DNA of 5,733 nucleotides from a virus (Duplodnaviria; Heunggongvirae; Uroviricota; Caudoviricetes): IMG/VR virus record IMGVR_UViG_2554235189_000003; one strand, 5' to 3'. Shown piece by piece: positions 4,740 to 5,733 of this stretch (position 1 is its first letter; each line of letters starts with the position of its first letter). The notes under the pieces were generated by a model. It saw only the letters and a program-made list of their open reading frames with translations, ran no database searches and was not told where the DNA came from. The position numbers and the translations under genes were made by a program.

Positions 4740-5733
4740 AAGAGGTGGGCTGGACCAGCCTGTTTCAGGCGGTGGCTGAGCCCTTTGCCGGCGCCTGGCA
4801 GCAGGGTGTGAAAGCCGATCCGGAAAGTGTCCTCTCCTTTCATGCGGTGTTTTCTTGCATTTCGCTGATATCCCAGGATATCGCCAAAATGCGGCTGCGC
4901 CTGATGCAGACGGATACACAGGGGATCCGCTGTGAAAAACGGCAGGGGGATATTGCCCGTCTCTGTCGTCGTCCCAATGCACAGCAGAATCGTATCCAGT
5001 TTTTTGAACTGTGGCTGAACGCCAAACTGCGTCACGGCAATACGGTGGTGCTGAAAATCCGTAACTCCCGGGGGCAGATCAAAGAACTGCGTATTCTGGA
5101 CTGGAGCCGGGTTGAACCTCTGGTGGCGGATGACGGCGAGGTGTTCTATCGCATCACGCCGGACCGGAACTGCGGGATCACGGAGGCGGTGACGGTGCCT
5201 GCCCGGGAAGTGATCCACGACCGGTTTAACTGTTTTTTTCATCCGCTTGTGGGGCTGCCGCCGGTGTATGCCGCCGGGCTGGCGGCCACGCAGGGGCATC
5301 ATATTCAGGAAAATTCGACGTCTTTTTTCAGAAATGGCGGCAGGCCGTCCGGGGTGATTGAGATCCCCGGCAGTATTACGGAAGAAAATGCGAAAAAACT
5401 GAAGAGCAACTGGGACAGCGGGTATACCGGCGAAAATGCGGGGAAAACGGCCATTCTGAGCAACGGGGCAAAATACAACCCCACGACGTTTTCACCGGTG
5501 GATGCGCAGACGGTGGAACAACTGAAGATGACCGCTGAAATTGTCTGTTCGGTGTTCCGTGTCCCGGCCTACAAGATTGGCGTTGGCCAGCCACCTTCCA
5601 GTGACAACGTGGAGGCGCTGGAGCAGCAGTATTATTCCCAGTGCCTGCAGACGCTGATTGAGTCCATTGAACTGTTACTGGATGAGGCGCTGGAAACGGG
5701 GGAAAACGAGAGTACGGAGTTTGACGTCACCAC
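4685..5733 (+). CDS. Phage portal protein (HK97-family type), 3' end truncated by the window edge
   Basis: Open frame from ATG 4685 to the window end, missing from the ORF track because it has no stop. My translation gives ...SFHAVFSCISLISQDIAKMRLRL...FRNGGRPSGVIEIPGSITEENAKKLKSNWDSGYTGENAGKTAILSNGAKYNPTTFSPVDAQTVEQLKMTAEIVCSVFRVPAYKIGVG..., which matches conserved portal motifs (AV-F/Y-x-C ... IA, N-A-G-K-T-A-x-L, F-x-V-P). GGAG at 4673-4676 lies 8 nt before ATG 4685; in-frame stop TAG at 4679-4681 just upstream. Confidence 0.9.
   Translation, partial: MWNFLRRTRKNQKSGRDVKEVGWTSLFQAVAEPFAGAWQQGVKADPESVLSFHAVFSCISLISQDIAKMRLRLMQTDTQGIRCEKRQGDIARLCRRPNAQQNRIQFFELWLNAKLRHGNTVVLKIRNSRGQIKELRILDWSRVEPLVADDGEVFYRITPDRNCGITEAVTVPAREVIHDRFNCFFHPLVGLPPVYAAGLAATQGHHIQENSTSFFRNGGRPSGVIEIPGSITEENAKKLKSNWDSGYTGENAGKTAILSNGAKYNPTTFSPVDAQTVEQLKMTAEIVCSVFRVPAYKIGVGQPPSSDNVEALEQQYYSQCLQTLIESIELLLDEALETGENESTEFDVT

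Noticed and set aside
4745-4747. GTG 4745 as the portal start, preceded by AAGAGG (4740-4745)
   Set aside because: The SD-like hexamer abuts or overlaps the GTG with zero spacing, which is not compatible with initiation; ATG 4685 with GGAG 8 nt upstream is better. This would be revisited if the 73-aa ORF proves real and portal homologues start later.
4724-5302. Minus-strand 192-aa ORF and other minus ORFs (4333..4584, 4436..4633, 4449..4982, 4840..5025, 5376..5594)
   Set aside because: They overlap the portal frame, which shows conserved portal motifs, or the capsid-portal spacer; none has a credible start context; the 192-aa ORF is a typical antisense artefact.
1-5733. Defence system, toxin-antitoxin pair, tRNA, CRISPR array, integrase or transposase
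   Set aside because: None seen: no direct-repeat/spacer array, no tRNA-like cloverleaf candidates, and every substantial ORF is accounted for by the packaging and head genes. If this locus belongs to an unusual element, the evidence would lie in flanking sequence.

Overview
The window is a single-strand (+), tightly packed phage head-morphogenesis and DNA-packaging module, read from sequence and the ORF translations only (no database search was possible). In order: (1) a ~250 bp non-coding leader with five GTTAAC-centred repeats (consensus about AAATGTTAACTGG) and an AT-rich tract; (2) small terminase, 251..814; (3) large terminase, 811..2472, overlapping terS by ATGA; (4) one 645-aa ORF, 2536..4473, fusing an HK97-type prohead serine protease, a coiled-coil delta/scaffold segment and an HK97-fold major capsid protein; (5) a strong GNRA-capped hairpin just after the capsid stop; (6) a 73-aa ORF of unknown function, 4518..4739; (7) a portal gene starting at 4685 and running off the window end. 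All minus-strand ORFs in the track are antisense shadows of these genes. Codon usage (CTG, GCG, CCG, CAG rich) suggests an Enterobacterales host. No defence system, tRNA, CRISPR, integrase or transposase is visible. The points most worth follow-up are the GTTAAC array upstream of terS, the protease-delta-capsid polyprotein with an internal ribosome-binding site and ATG, the non-canonical position of portal after capsid, and the hairpin and small ORF between capsid and portal. Whether this is a full prophage or a capsid-encoding satellite cannot be decided from this window.
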